From positions 783,221-847,220 of the forward strand of contig RDEW01000013.1 in the NCBI GenBank assembly GCA_011109175.1: a stretch of DNA of 64,000 bases, read 5' to 3'. The notes beneath the pieces were generated by a model that did not search any database, was not told the DNA's origin, and was given only the letters and a program-made list of their open reading frames with translations. The stretch comes from Dicyema japonicum. Its lineage: Eukaryota; Animalia; Dicyemida. Positions 1 through 12,730 of the stretch are shown here, in pieces. Within the stretch, counting starts at the first letter, position 1, and each line of letters begins with the position of its first letter. Both the position numbers and the translations under genes were made by a program.

Positions 1-2272
1 TGCCACGGCCACCCTCAATCTACGAACAATACAGCACACACCAAGCTTACAAAACCCAAAGCAGCCTTATAACAGGGAGAGACCGACAGATCCGCAGCCT
101 TGACCTCCCACACAACGCCAGGCTCGAACCACACATCAGGTTGTAAGTGAGGAGCCGAATCAAATGCATAGTAAGGCTTGGCCCGAACTATTTTGCTATC
201 CTGGAGAGTCTCAGTGTGACTCTTAAGGTCCTCGTCACTAAACCCGGTCCCAATCAACATAAAAGAGCAGATTACCTTACAAATAGTCTCATATTGGTCG
301 TCCTCAGGGTTGTAACAAGCCAGCAAGAATCCTCCGTAATATCCAGTCCTTTTACCAGTTCCGTGGTAAGCCCCTATCACAACCAAATCCAGAGTGTCCC
401 CCATCCCTTCCAAATAATCCTTCTTCAGCTAGAAGTTAACCACAGGACCACCTTTAGCCATTTATGGGACCGTTTCGACAGTTCATAGCTTGCATCCACG
501 TCCAACGTCTTCAGCATCAAACCTTCACAACCAGCTAACAAGAATTAACCCAATAACCACATTTCAGAGCCTTGGAAAGGAAACCATCGATCTGATCCCC
601 TTCAAAAGAGTCTGAGTACTCGGCGAAACAGAATTTGCCTTCCACGGGAGAGAATGATTCTAACAAAATTTCCCTCCTTTTTCTAAGCGAGCTTTTCAGT
701 AGAGATTTCCCATTTATAAAGAGAATGTCGAACACAAACAGACACACAGTCACTGTAACGTCCTCCACGTGTACGTCTTTTCGTTTCCTGGTGGACAACT
801 GCTGGAAAGGTAACGTTTTTCCCGCTTTTAAATCCCAAGCGACCGTCTCTGCATCCAAGATGAAAGAGTCCACCCCAGGTCTCACAGCAGCGTCCACATA
901 TTCCGCAATCTCAGGGAACCTCTCACACGTGGGGTCCAGATTTCTGCTGAAGATCTGCACCTTTCCTCCCATTTTGTGGATCTGAGCTCGTTCTCCGTCA
1001 TATTTGAACTCGCATGTGAAGGAATGGTCTCCAAAGGTCGCCAGCGCTGCACCGATCGAGCGGGACGGTTGTGCCAACATCGGCTTGGCTGGGATCCCAG
1101 GCTGAATAACCACGTGCTCGAGTTCTTGAAAGTCACCGGTTAGGAGAATCCCAATAATCCTCTCAAAGTTAGGGCATTGACTAGATTTAGGCAATAGACA
1201 ACCAATAAGCTGATTTTAGTAGATTTAAGTAGACCCCATTAGAAACGGCAGAATTTTGGTTGTTCAATTTGAACTTTAAAAAGGCTTGGGTGAGGGCGGG
1301 CAAAATCGTCTGTTCTGCCAATCCAATCCTAAGTTTGCCGCCTAAAGACCGCACCAAGTACTTAGTCTCCGATCCGTGCCTACAAGCGACCAATAAAGCC
1401 TGTATTCTATCACATTTGGCGCCCATAGCCTTTGATAAGCCAAATCTTACATTTTTTCCCGTTAGACTGGAGATCTCTTTCAAAGTCTCATAGACACGCG
1501 CCACTGTTAGGGGTTTAGGTTTAAATAGGGTGTTCTTGGTCCGAGAGGTCTCAGCCACGTTTCCCAAGTCGCCCAAAGAGGCAAGCATTAGTTTTTACTT
1601 GGGTCGTCTTCTTTCCCGTTGCCATGAAATGGCCTTAATAATAAGAGAGTCCCCTAAGCCCAATTTGGCAGGTTCATATTGTGGTGAGAGGCGGTTGAGG
1701 GAGAGGTAGACACAAGAGATCAAGTCCTCGCTGCTGTGAGAGATCACAGAGGCTAGGAGGTTGGCCAACGTTGAGGTGATCTTAAGTCTGAATATTGACC
1801 TCAGACAACCTGCTTGAGATACCCTCGATAAGCTCGAAGGTTCGGCTTAGGGCAATGTAAGGCGTTCTAAGCGTGTACATCGGGCACAGTTACCTCGTCT
1901 CTGCTGTCCAAAAGGCGTCCTTTACTGGGTCGTAGTCCTCTCTTGATGGATCGAAGTCAGTGGGATCAAATTCACTAAACAACTAAATTTACCATCCACT
2001 TTAAATATTCATTCAAATTTTCCCGTTCTTTTCCTAAAATAAGAATAATGCTTGCCGAGAGCAGTCGGCTTTATTTCAGTGCTGACCGCTTTAATTTTCG
2101 ACTATTTTTAGGAATAAAATTACTTTCGGTGAGTTATCCGCCATGGTGAGCTTTCGCTTGCTAGAATAAAAAAATAACTAACCATTTTGTTACTAAGTTT
2201 TTATCTTCCTGATTAGAGGAGAAGAACGATCTTGAATGATGTGGAAATTTACTTTAAGGATTTTTGCGGCAT
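1..2272 (-). CDS. LIG1: DNA ligase I, multi-exon; 3' end runs off the window start
   Basis: Spliced reading from ATG 2272 gives the N-terminal PIP box MPQKSLKSFF. Downstream are [13 protein letters not shown], active-site [44 protein letters not shown]. About 13 introns of 21-31 nt, e.g. 2231-2252, 2161-2182, 2102-2123 and GC-AG 2034-2055. One or two indels near 1590-1630. Confidence 0.97.
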
Positions 2273-2774
2273 TCTTACTATATTTTTGTGATGACCGATT
2301 AATCTACACAAAGATAACAATTTTAAAATTTTAATTAATGGGGAATTTAAAATTTAAATTTTTTTATTTTGTTTTTTTACATTAAAATAAATCAAATCGG
2401 TCAAAAAAGTCCAGAGTGTCTCCCATTCTCTTCAAATCAGCCTGAGAATTATCAACGATCTCATTCAAGCTACCCACGGTAATAATTCTCCTTGATTATC
2501 GCTAAGTTCGCTAACAACTACGGATTTCATCATTAAGGATACTACTAATGAGTACGCTCCCCCTTTATTTTTTGTAACCCCATCTAAAACTCCATCAAAA
2601 TTCTGAATATTTCACCGCATGTATCTACGAGTTTAAAGCAACTTTCCTTTACTCCCCACGTTGTTAAAAAGGTACTCATTATTGAACATTCCTTTCTTCA
2701 TGCATTGCACGAACTTAACGTTGCGACCCACGTGCCTAAAAATTTCCAATTATTGAATAGGATTCAAATTAAGA

Positions 2775-3016
2775 CGGGTTCGAATCTCGCTGCTGTTCAC
2801 CTGGTGAAATGTTCCACGCATCTACGATGCAGAAAGGGTTTGACGAGTGACGCCGTCATCAGTGGATACTCACTGCGGAACTGGATTGTCTAGAAAGGAC
2901 ACACACACAAGAAAAAAGAAAAAATTAAAATTAACTATTCTTTACTTAAATAAAGTGTGTGTCCTGCCTATGCGGAGCTATAAATACTATGGCTCTCGTG
3001 AAAAGGCTTTATTATT
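2775..3016 (+). mobile_element. tRNA-derived SINE, 5'-truncated copy (empty-site version of the 50279-52402 copy)
   Basis: Starts at the B-box GGTTCGAATC and is near-identical to 50326-50444 plus 52231-52402. Has an (ATT)n tail and a 13-bp target-site duplication ATTCAAATTAAGA at 2762-2774 and 3017-3029. Confidence 0.9.
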
Positions 3017-4359
3017 ATTCAAATTAAGAATACCATGAATCCAAGAAAAGTTACCCTCTAGGTCCCAGGTGGTTAAAAAGCGACCTCCTTCTTTCATGTG
3101 TTTTTTATTTGTCTCTTTCGATAACGTAACAATCGAGAGAAGGCTTCGGTTGTTAGGGAACATTGTGGAAGAGCTATAGGACTTCGATATTGTTAGGGAG
3201 GCAGTTAATCGTCTAATCACCTTGAAGTTTGTCCTCCACCCTTCTTAATAGCCTTTCTAAAAAAAAACGTACAAATAATTAGGTGATTTCAGCTTCTAGT
3301 AAGTTCCAGATTCTCCTCCAATGGTCCGGCAGCGATCTCGCTGTCTTCCGTAATTGTTTACTTGAATTTTTAGGAGTATCAGGATATCGTCCCCAACATG
3401 TTAAACAGAAAAAATCACCTACGGGGAAAATTGCGACCGTAGATCAGAGAAATCCGCAGCATCCAAAAAGACGTGGACAAAAAATGTAGACACGGAATGG
3501 AATATAGTGCTAATCCCAAAAAGGGGAATTTCTGGAGATAACCGAAAACTGATGTGCCCAAAAACAGAAGCGGAGCTGATCGTACTTCAAAAACCCGATG
3601 GCAAGTAGTCAATCCGAGGGGAAGTTGTCGTGATCTTTAAAGACAGCTATAGCAAATGCAAGGAGCTGATACAAAAAACGCAGATCCGACTAATACCTTG
3701 CCAGTACCCCCACAATAACGTTAAAAAACTAATTAAGTGATCTCAATTTCCACCAATTCCTGGACCCTCCATGTGTGATCTTCCAACGTCCCGACTGTAA
3801 AACGATAGAGCCGCCGCGAATGCCTACAAAAGAATAGGACAACGTTCCTCTGCTCGATCATCGCCCAGTGGCTTCCTAGTTTTTTCAGACAGACAGGAAT
3901 TGCAGCCATGGTTCCTCGTGGACTGCTTCGTAAGGAGAGTGAGAAGAGGGGGTTTTAATACTGTGAGATGTAAATGTGTACTTCTGATTGAATTTCGTTG
4001 ATTGAGTTTGGAAGAAGATATCGCAGACCTCCATCGAGAGAGGCACATTCAGTTGTCGGAACAATGACCTGGCTATTCAATCTGTATATGCAGTCCATTC
4101 GAAGAAAGGAGCACTTAATTGCCTTCGATACATTCTACTTCCAGAGTCAGTTATTTTTTTACCACTTCCATGGGAGTCATAATAATTATATTCTCGCATG
4201 CGTAGCAAAAGTAGCAATTTTGATCTGAATCTCTTCCACGCACCCCCTGTTATTAGCTAGAACTGTTTGAGTCCAGGTTATCGCCTGAGTTCAGTTGTAT
4301 TTTAGCGTTTTGCAGGTCCATCGAAAGACTGGTGATGTTACCATGAAAAGGCCCTCTTT

Positions 4360-4900
4360 ACAAACATAGTAGTCTTCCATAGCTCTGTTCGACGGGAATA
4401 CCGATTCCATCCTCAAGATGTGCCTAAGCGGCCTCCATCGAGACTCCACTACCTCCATGCTTATCGGATTACACTCGCATTTTTTGTAGATTCCTTTACC
4501 TGAAAATCTGGTCGGCCAGCCCGTTCCTGTAATTATCCTCAGATAGTTCCTGTGGTACGAGTCAAGCCTCTCTTTCAGGATTCCCTTATCTATTTAGCAT
4601 CCCAAGACTACGGTAAAAACAAACTAATTAGCACGTGATCCTGATTCGTGACTTCATATTTGCCCGTTGTTCCACCCTCTTGCTTGCGCATGATCGTACG
4701 GCTGACTAAATTTATGGGCCGCATTCCTGCATTCTGGAGTCTAATCTCATAAGGGCCTTCAGAGGCGTCGGTCCGGTTAGGTATTCTCTACAAGTCCAAC
4801 GCTCCGTGACTCTGAAAGCCCTCCTTTGCTCGATTTTCCTCATATTTGTCCGAGATATGGACGATCTCCACAAGTGCTTATGAGAAACATGACTCGATGT
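4360..4900 (-). mobile_element. Degraded RTE-like LINE, C-terminal part
   Basis: The minus strand reads ERLDSYHRNYLRIITGTGWPTRFS..IYKKC..ESRWR..HILRM..PSNRAM, matching the 3' part of the element at 38346-39611. Contains stops and frameshifts. Confidence 0.7.
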
Positions 4901-4996
4901 ACTGTCAGGGCCGGTTTAGTACCGGAGTCCTTGAGAGTCCTTATATAAATAAAATAATATTATGTGTAAAATAATTTTATATTTTGGTTTAAAAAA

Positions 4997-6630
4997 TTAA
5001 TCAATTTTTTCTTCACAAGACCACGTAAGGACAGCAATCGTCTTTTCAACATTTTCTAACCTCATTATCATGACAAAACCAATAATCATTCTGAACTGTT
5101 CATTATTCAGGACATTCTTGACAAAAAGGTAAACAGGAATGGCAGAAACAGCAACCAGTAGACCAACCCCCACAATATGAGATAATAAAACCTGCCTCTT
5201 TCGGGAATCTCGTTATGGTAACGATAACGAGTGTCCCCACGAACAAAATAAAAGCTATTGGAATAAAGAGGTTGACCTTAAGTATAAGGGACCATTATTA
5301 CTTTCACAGGTCGGTGACAATCGGGCCACTTCTTCCTGAAGTAAATAAGAGTGGAGACTGAGACAATCACAGAGACCCAATTCACAATATTGGCCAATGT
5401 TAGCAAAAAAGTAAAGTCACTGAAGAGTGTGTAGCATATGGATAGGAGTCCCTGATATTTTAGAGTCATATTTACAGTAAAACAGATTGCCACAGTAGGA
5501 GTATTGAATCTCATATTGATCGTGTTTAGAACATAAGGCATGTGGTTATGCCGAGCAGCAATGAAGACCAGTCTAGTCATGAATTCAGATGGAACCTGGA
5601 AGTCGTAAAAATGAGTCCGTTGACCGAACTGAAAATTGAGCAGACAATTCCGACGGTCAAAAAGTATCCATAGCCCACATAGAGAGATTGTCCAAAGTCC
5701 TATAATGGAGCCTCTAAATTACGATAGCGATATCATCCGAGTTTATTATTTCAGTCTTTGTTAAGGCCAAGTAGAACGAAATTGCCGTGAACACATAAAC
5801 GACCGTGATTGTGATTATGGAGAAACTCAGGCTGATTGGGAGATCCCTAAATAGCTCACATAACCTACCTCTGCACGTTTTTCATTTCATCGGAAACATT
5901 AGTGAGAGACTGCCTTCATATTATTACATTGAGAAACCATCCAGAGTAGGCTATGAGTCCTTTGTAGTGGGCCATAGCAAAGAATGTGAATTTGTGAGTC
6001 GAATCGGAGAAGTTCAATCTAACCATGTTAAGGTGTCCTATAATCATTACCCACTCAACCGGTGGACAAATAATAGACTCCAGTAAAAATGATAGAAAGT
6101 AAAACCATGATCTTGACTCCTGTGGATAAATCCTGTATTACCGTGGATATAGTCACACTCAAACAGTTTACGGCAGTCAGGAATACTAGCATCATTAAGA
6201 ATTGCTTACATATGCACAGAATGCTCAGCAAAATTATGGCTGAGTTCATTGGAGTACACACGGAGTAGATTCCTTTAAGGAAGTAGTCGGCAAAAATAAT
6301 TGAATTGACTGCTATGAAAGAAGGTTTTATTATGATCACTTCGACCCACATTTTTAGAAAGGCAACGAAGGGACCGAACGCCTTCATAATGTAAATGTAG
6401 TCCCCACCTGATACAGGTATCATCGTCCCCAATTCGGCGTAGCACAGGGAACCGAAAATTGAGACAAGGCCGCAGTTTATCCAAACCACTAAGGAAAGAC
6501 CTTGACTTCCACTTAATCTCAATATTTCGGATGAACTCAAAAGGATCCCAGATCCAATAACTGAGCCAAGAATCAAGGTTATTGAGTTGAAAAGTGTCAG
6601 TTTTTTCTTTAATTGGTTGCTTTCATTCAT
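4997..6630 (-). CDS. SLC7/LAT-family amino-acid transporter, multi-exon
   Basis: Motifs LKKKLTLFNSITLILGSVIGSGI, LCYAELGTMIPVSGGDY, SGW, DEMKNVQRDLP, SRLVFIAAR, RPVKV. About 9 introns of 22-25 nt. Stop TAA at 4997-4999. Confidence 0.93.
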
Positions 6631-6717
6631 TCGGTCATTTTATGCAAATTAAATTAAATTAAACAAATATTTTAATTATTAAAAATATTATTAAATATTA
6701 TTTAATTTTTATAATTA

Positions 6718-6885
6718 GTGTTGGTTCCTTTGCGCCTCCGACGCTGGAATTCTTGAGTCGTCTAGGGAATCGGATCGCTACACGAAAAGGAAACCCTCGT
6801 GAGCGCTGCTGGTTATTTGACCGAATCTCGCTCGCTATCCTGAGAGGGAATAGCCACGAAGTCAGGGCAGCCTCTATATAACCGT
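6718..6885 (+). mobile_element. CRE-like non-LTR retrotransposon 3' fragment
   Basis: Reads EFLSRLGNRIATRKGNPRERCWLFDRISLAILRGNS, the C-terminal RLE signature of this family. Confidence 0.75.
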
Positions 6886-7382
6886 TACTCTACTTTTTTT
6901 CTTTAATAAAATTTAATTAAAAAAAATTAGTGATCTCCAACATGAACAAAATCTATAATTTATTCCCCTTGGTATTAATTAGTTAAATGTCATATGGTCC
7001 ACGTGTTTCATGTGACTTCAGTGCCAGGGTGACTGAAAAGACTATTTGGTCAAGCTACTGACATTTCCTTTTTTCGACCCTGAATCTAGATGGAATATCA
7101 TTGTCGACTGTGAGTCGTGGAAAGTTATTGTTGGTCGAATCGTCACGTGTTTATTTTATAACCGATTGATATCACAGTCAAGGTTCATGAATTAGTTAGG
7201 GTCCTTGAGTAAGGCAAAGAAAGTTTGAATCTGATGAATCAAAAAGTTAACTTCCACTTGTCACTATCCCCTGTCTACATATACTTTTGGTGAGAAATGC
7301 CAACCTCTATGACTCCCTCCAAGAACATGTCCTAACGCACAATATATGGCTTAGTGTGCTGTAAATCGACTGAGACTGATTA

Positions 7383-7505
7383 CTAGGGCGGAAATTGTCC
7401 TATTTAGGACAAAAAAGTAGGACATTGTTGTATTTCAAAGATAAAATTGTCCTAAAATAGAACACTGTCCTATTTCAAAGATAAAATTGTTCTAAAATGG
7501 ACATA
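7383..7505. repeat. Short subterminal-type repeat cluster (TGTCCTA/TAGGACA motifs, about 40-bp tandem unit)
   Basis: Palindrome TGTCCTATTTAGGACA plus two copies of TATTTCAAAGATAAAATTGT. A related motif occurs near 9035. Probably a DNA transposon end. Confidence 0.45.
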
Positions 7506-7893
7506 TTTTTTAATTTTGTTAGTATTTGTCCATTTCTTTTTAAATTACACGTTTAAATTGTTTTTTGTGTATTAGCAATCTTCATTTAATGACTGCTGAG
7601 AACTAAGAGAAAAAAATAAGGAACGAATTTCCAAAGCTATGATCTTCAATATTGAATTACAAAAAACGTTTTTAAACAAAAAATTCTATTTAATTATTGA
7701 TGAAAGTAACATTAACGGAAAATGTAATTTTCTGGACAATTTGTAATCGAGGCAACGAATTGGGATTGCAGTTGTCCGCGGAAACGCTTACTCCTAATGT
7801 CAGCAGCCGCTCTTCCCCATAGTTAATAAATAAAATTACTTAATTAAATTTTTTTTAAACAATAACAATTTATTGAAGAATAAAACCAAATAG

Positions 7894-8250
7894 TTAAAGG
7901 CTACTGGCTGCTCTCAGGATTGAGAGCGCATTTCCCCTTACGATCTGTAAGGAGATGCGCTCAATGAGCCAGCCCTTCTCTCTGACATCTCTCCTCCTTT
8001 TAGCGACTAACGATCCAATTTTGTTGAGCAGGGCTAACGACCTGATTCCTATGACTCCCGAAGTTTCGACTGCGACTGGTTCAAATGTGTACTTCTTTGC
8101 TTTAAGTATTTCTGCTTTCTCTGCAGCTGAGCCTGGATTTGTCGCACTCATTGTAATATTGGAAGGGGAGGAGCTATCTACGCAGGTGGCATCCCAGGCC
8201 AGGTACTTCCCAGCATCCCACGGGAACAGAGTCGCTCCATCCGGCCTTCT
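7894..8250 (-). mobile_element. CRE-like non-LTR retrotransposon 3' fragment (restriction-like endonuclease)
   Basis: RPDGATLFPWDAGKYLAWDATCVDS...AAEKAEILKAKKY.FEPVAVETSG...WLIERISLQIVRGNA. A second small + strand 3' end lies at about 7735-7835. Confidence 0.88.
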
Positions 8251-9099
8251 GTTGATAAATTATTATTAAAAATTTCAAATTTATATTATTTATTAGCGAT
8301 GTGGCTCCTTATATGATATTTCTCAAGATGGGGGAGGTTCTTGGAAGCGGCATTTTATTATTCCGAAAATCTCGTTGCGATAAAAGACATCGTTAATAAT
8401 TTTGAAGACGATGGGATTATTGTTGCCAATGTGAAGCAATCAATAATGAAAATTTGTTTCATGAACTCTGGAATTACCAAATATCAATGGCTATAATCTA
8501 ATTTGGAAAAATTGCAAAACTCACGGTATTTAATCAAAGAAAGTTATGCAGATTTTGAAAAGATCCAGGATTTACAGAACGAAGATAAGTAAGCCCAGCA
8601 CAAACAGTCATAACTAATCCAAGGAAGGAACCAAAGGGAGAACATCTACTTGTGCCGACCAAATCCATCTTCCAATACTTCATTACAGGCTTCCGTTTCC
8701 GAAGAGAGGTGGGGAAGTAGGTCCGCCCTCTTCCATTTTTGTCCCACGTCATACCGTCGCGGACATCACTTCATTCTTTAGCGGAATCGTTTTCATAATG
8801 CAATCTTCATCAGAGGATCTGGTCAGGGAGAAAAGTAGGAAGATCTCTTTTAACAACTGTGCCAGAAGGACTCGTCGCCTCACGGGTGGGATCTGTTTGA
8901 CAAGATTTGACTTCGCTGAAAACTCCATCTTTCGGATTCGAACCCACGACCTTCAGACCCATCAGATGTTAACGTTCAGACAGAAAGTTTACGGTTAAAC
9001 GCGAAAATTACAAAATAATTTGAAAAATAATAAAATTGTCCTATTTTTTTCTTAGGATGTCCTGAGCATACTTTCAGACTACATCAACGTGTGGGTTCT

Positions 9100-9650
9100 T
9101 ATGGTCGTCAAAGAGGTCTTTTTAATTAATGTATCACTTTGGAGTTCGACCCACTCCTTCAAATTAAGACTTTCGGTAGTTTGACCCACGTGTGAGCGCT
9201 TTTGTGTCATCAATGAATGATTTGTCTCTTACCATGCATCCTTACAGTTAACACTCAGTTGGTGATGGTTACTTAAGTAGTCTGCTCTACTGTTTGGGGA
9301 CAGAACAAAGAGTAGTGGCGACATACTATCTCCACGAAAGATCCCCCTCACAAATTTGAACTCCCCAATGCTCTTTTTGTTATCGGATTTTCAGCTTGCC
9401 AAACAGGCATTTAAGCTTTACCATTCACTTTTAAGATAATTAAGGTCAACTGAGTCAGGCCTTTTACAACCACTCACAGTGTCTTCAACCCATTAGCACA
9501 TTGGTAGCTTAGACACTGTTAAATATGTGCTTGCTCGCGACTTTATTCGCCACCCTCTAGGCTTTGGCATACATGCAATTGGTGTCACTAGGCGATTTCG
9601 GGTTGTCTATCTTAGGAATCAGGCACGTAATACCAGTTCATGGAGAATAA
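9100..9650 (-). mobile_element. Highly degraded LINE reverse transcriptase fragment
   Basis: Weak RT-like remnants with many stops. Confidence 0.3.
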
Positions 9651-10922
9651 TAAGATTATAAACATACTCCCTCAGAATATTACACTAAGTTTTTGATAAA
9701 AAATTAAACAATTTATCAACTTCCGGGGTTAACAAGCTAAAAAATTTTAATCTCCAATCGGATTTCTCTACAAGGATGAGAGAAGGTACTTATTCGTATC
9801 CGGATTTCATTGATTTAAAAACATTTAGTAAAACTAAGCCTAATTCTCAAATTGGGGTTGGAATGAACATTCTGATCAATAACATAAAGAAAATATGAGA
9901 GACGTTATGTCTTCATCATAGTATTTTACAATAGCAAGTACCACTGTATGATGAACATTTTCATAGTTTTTGGCATCTGGATTCGATCCATGAACATTGG
10001 TGCAATAAACACTTCTATAGTTTATAAAATATCGTGAATCCGATGTCTACGCTGTTATTTTGTTTATACACTAGAACGGATAAAGGGTTAAGTTGAGAAG
10101 ATGAAGGCTTATGTAGAATAGGGTTACGACGCCAGTGTCCACCTTCACCGCCATGAAAACTTTGGTGCAGCTCTAAAATGCGGTTGATAATTTTTTGAAT
10201 CTTTAAAAATAGTGTTCTTTTTCAGTAAAAGATTATTTATTGTTTTTCGAAACATGTTTGAGAATCTATCAGCTAACCCCTGACACGAAATAGCATCACT
10301 TTTTTCTTTATAAGTAACAATTTGAGTTTTTATTAAAAGTATGCCGATTGTACAGTTTACGAGAAAAATTGGAAGACATGCATTAATTAAATTTTTATGA
10401 TAACTAAAATTAGAATTTGTCTCCAAAGTCCTTGGATTGCATGTAGCGTTGTAGAAATTTTTTCGACTACTAATTATGATTTTGTTTAATTTTATGACTG
10501 ATTAATGTTTATTATTTTAGATTAAATTACTCAGACGCACTGAAATAAACACAATATTAGAGAGATTGCCATTTTATGACTCCCATGTCTAGGTCTTGGA
10601 AGATGTGACCTCCAAATGCTGTAAACTGGGGGCTTAATCAATTATGCGACAATAATGAATTTGTTGTGTTGAAAAACGCTATAACCAAAAGCATTTGTCT
10701 CTAAATTAAGCCATGTGTTGTGACTGACGACTCAGTTTGGTAAGGACATTGAGAGAAACTGAAAAGGGGAGAATAAAGGAGATACGTCAGCAACTCTTTT
10801 TCCAAGAAGGGTTTTTGTGAATATGTCGACTCAGTTAATATTGTTAATTAATTTTTAGTTTATAATTTATTTTAAAATTATTTAAAATTATTTTTATATT
10901 ATTAAAATCCATTAAATATTAA

Positions 10923-11375
10923 ATGATTTTGCCTAAGATTGTCCCATTTATCAGATTTTCTAGACGAGTTCACATTGACACTAACAATTTCACTTCTGTC
11001 ATAAAAGACATGGAAGTATTAAAGTCCACTCCATCTGAGAGAATCTGTCGACTTTTGGTTGATGAAAGTCATGTGGACGAGACTGGAAATCTCCACCCAG
11101 GATGTAGCATAACCCTACTGGACGTCCTTACTACATTTTGGCACTTTGAACAGCACGGAAAGATGACTTTGACTGTAAACATTCATTCAGTGTTAGATTA
11201 ATGCTAATAAATTAGTTTATACAATTCATCCCACGTGGGTGATTCCTTATTAATCACGTGCAAAAATATGCTAATCAAAGACAAGATTGCGACTGCAGAA
11301 TGTCACATTCGGAGGGAGAAGGATGCGGCAGACGTTCTGTTTGGGACTCACACAATGTTCAGATTGGTAGAATAA
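10923..11375 (+). CDS. Hot-dog fold acyl-CoA thioesterase (ACOT13/THEM2-like), two exons
   Basis: GNLHPGCSITLLDVLT matches the THEM2 GTLHGG..ATLVD motif. One 24-nt intron (GTTAGATT..AATTAG). Exon 2 ends GTHTMFRLVE*. Confidence 0.8.
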
Positions 11376-11599
11376 TTAATATCTAACCAATAATGTGGCT
11401 AACCATATTTTGTAATTCATTATTATTAATTGTGGTCATAAGTCAAGGAATATGATTAAAGGGGTAGAATACGATATTTTCAAGAGTAATGTTTAGACCC
11501 AAAATATGAAAAGTGATTTCACGCCGTTAAAGTAAAAGTTCCTCCTTTCTTGCAATTTTAGTTACATGTTTTGCATCCTGTTTTTTATGAGGATCCTAC

Positions 11600-11852
11600 G
11601 TGACCGGGATGGGCAGTGTCATAAGTGGTGGACAAAATCCAGATGGTTCCGAGTTCCAATCTGACTGCTATCCACTCCGGTTGAAGGTTCCACGCATCTA
11701 CGATGCTTCCAGGATTGACGAATGGAGGTTCTCAGTGCATCCAAAAGAAAAGAAGTTAAGAGTACTCTCAGCCTCATTCCTCGATTAACTAGCATAAGTG
11801 TCGTTCTACCTATGCGGGGGTCTAAGTAATACTACTCCTCGGGAAAAAGGCT
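11600..11852 (+). mobile_element. Diverged copy of the tRNA-derived SINE family
   Basis: Shares GAAGGTTCCACGCATCTACGATGC and the 3' CCTATGCGG..hairpin..AAAAGGCT end with the other copies. Degenerate B-box GAGTTCCAATC. Confidence 0.75.
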
Positions 11853-11949
11853 GATCAAGAGACTGCTGAGCGAAGCTATCAATACTGTTTATTATTATAA
11901 ACACGATTTTTGATAATCAGTTGGTTTGCGTACTGTTTTTTAGATAAAA

Positions 11950-12730
11950 AAGCAGGCGCCTCCAAAACTCACCAAACGACTTCGTTTAATGCTTTCGGCA
12001 TAGGGAATTGCCAGCACTCCCGCAAGTAAGTCGCTGTAGTCCAAAACCATTAATCCGCTTAACGTATATTCACTGGTATGGTACACAGATCTCCAGTCGC
12101 AGTGAGACTTGGACTGAATCAAATCGTCGTCAAGAGAAGTCCCAAATACTGAGCCAGAATTAAGCCAGTGTCCACTTTCAGGGGAAACCCTTGACAACAG
12201 ACAAGCTTGACAATGTTGGAGGACTCCGAATCTTTTCACAATTATTTTTGCAAAAAACATCGTACAATCTCCGTTGCAGGTTTGGTGCGAATAAGAAATC
12301 AGATCTCTCGTGTGACCGAATTCCTGATCTGGGTAGAAGTGTAGAATCTGTTGACCAGGGATTGCAGACTATCGGGTGAAGTTTATGGAGGCAGAAAAAC
12401 ATCAAGAGAGGATCGAATCATGAGCATACTAAATATGAAAAGCAGTGTAGCCTGTTTCCAAAATACTTCGCTTAAGGGACGTCACAAATGTGCTCGGCCG
12501 CCTCACGGAATCGAATATTTATACAGAAGAGTCGGGTCCGGAGAGAAAAATAAGTGGCCTTCCTGAGGTTATAAGAAATTCTCTGGAGTTTTGGGTACCT
12601 TTTTGGATGATGAATGTGATCGTACTAAGATCTCACTACGACTAACATTAAAAGTCCACATCCGTGCCTATGCGGAGACCAGATGGACTATTTTTTCCTA
12701 CACTCTCTCTCCTGCAGGAAGAGAGAAAGA
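11950..12730. mobile_element. Two CRE-like fragments (minus strand about 11950-12230; plus strand about 12560-12730)
   Basis: ESGHWLN..FGTSLDDD and LGTFLDDECDRTKISLRL resemble the LGTLLD...RIGVALRLG motif at 27720-27790. Confidence 0.55.

Noticed and set aside
147-1493. Plus-strand ORFs over LIG1, and similar antisense ORFs over RPB2, SLC7 and the LINE
   Set aside because: They are antisense shadows of real coding sequence with no recognisable motifs.
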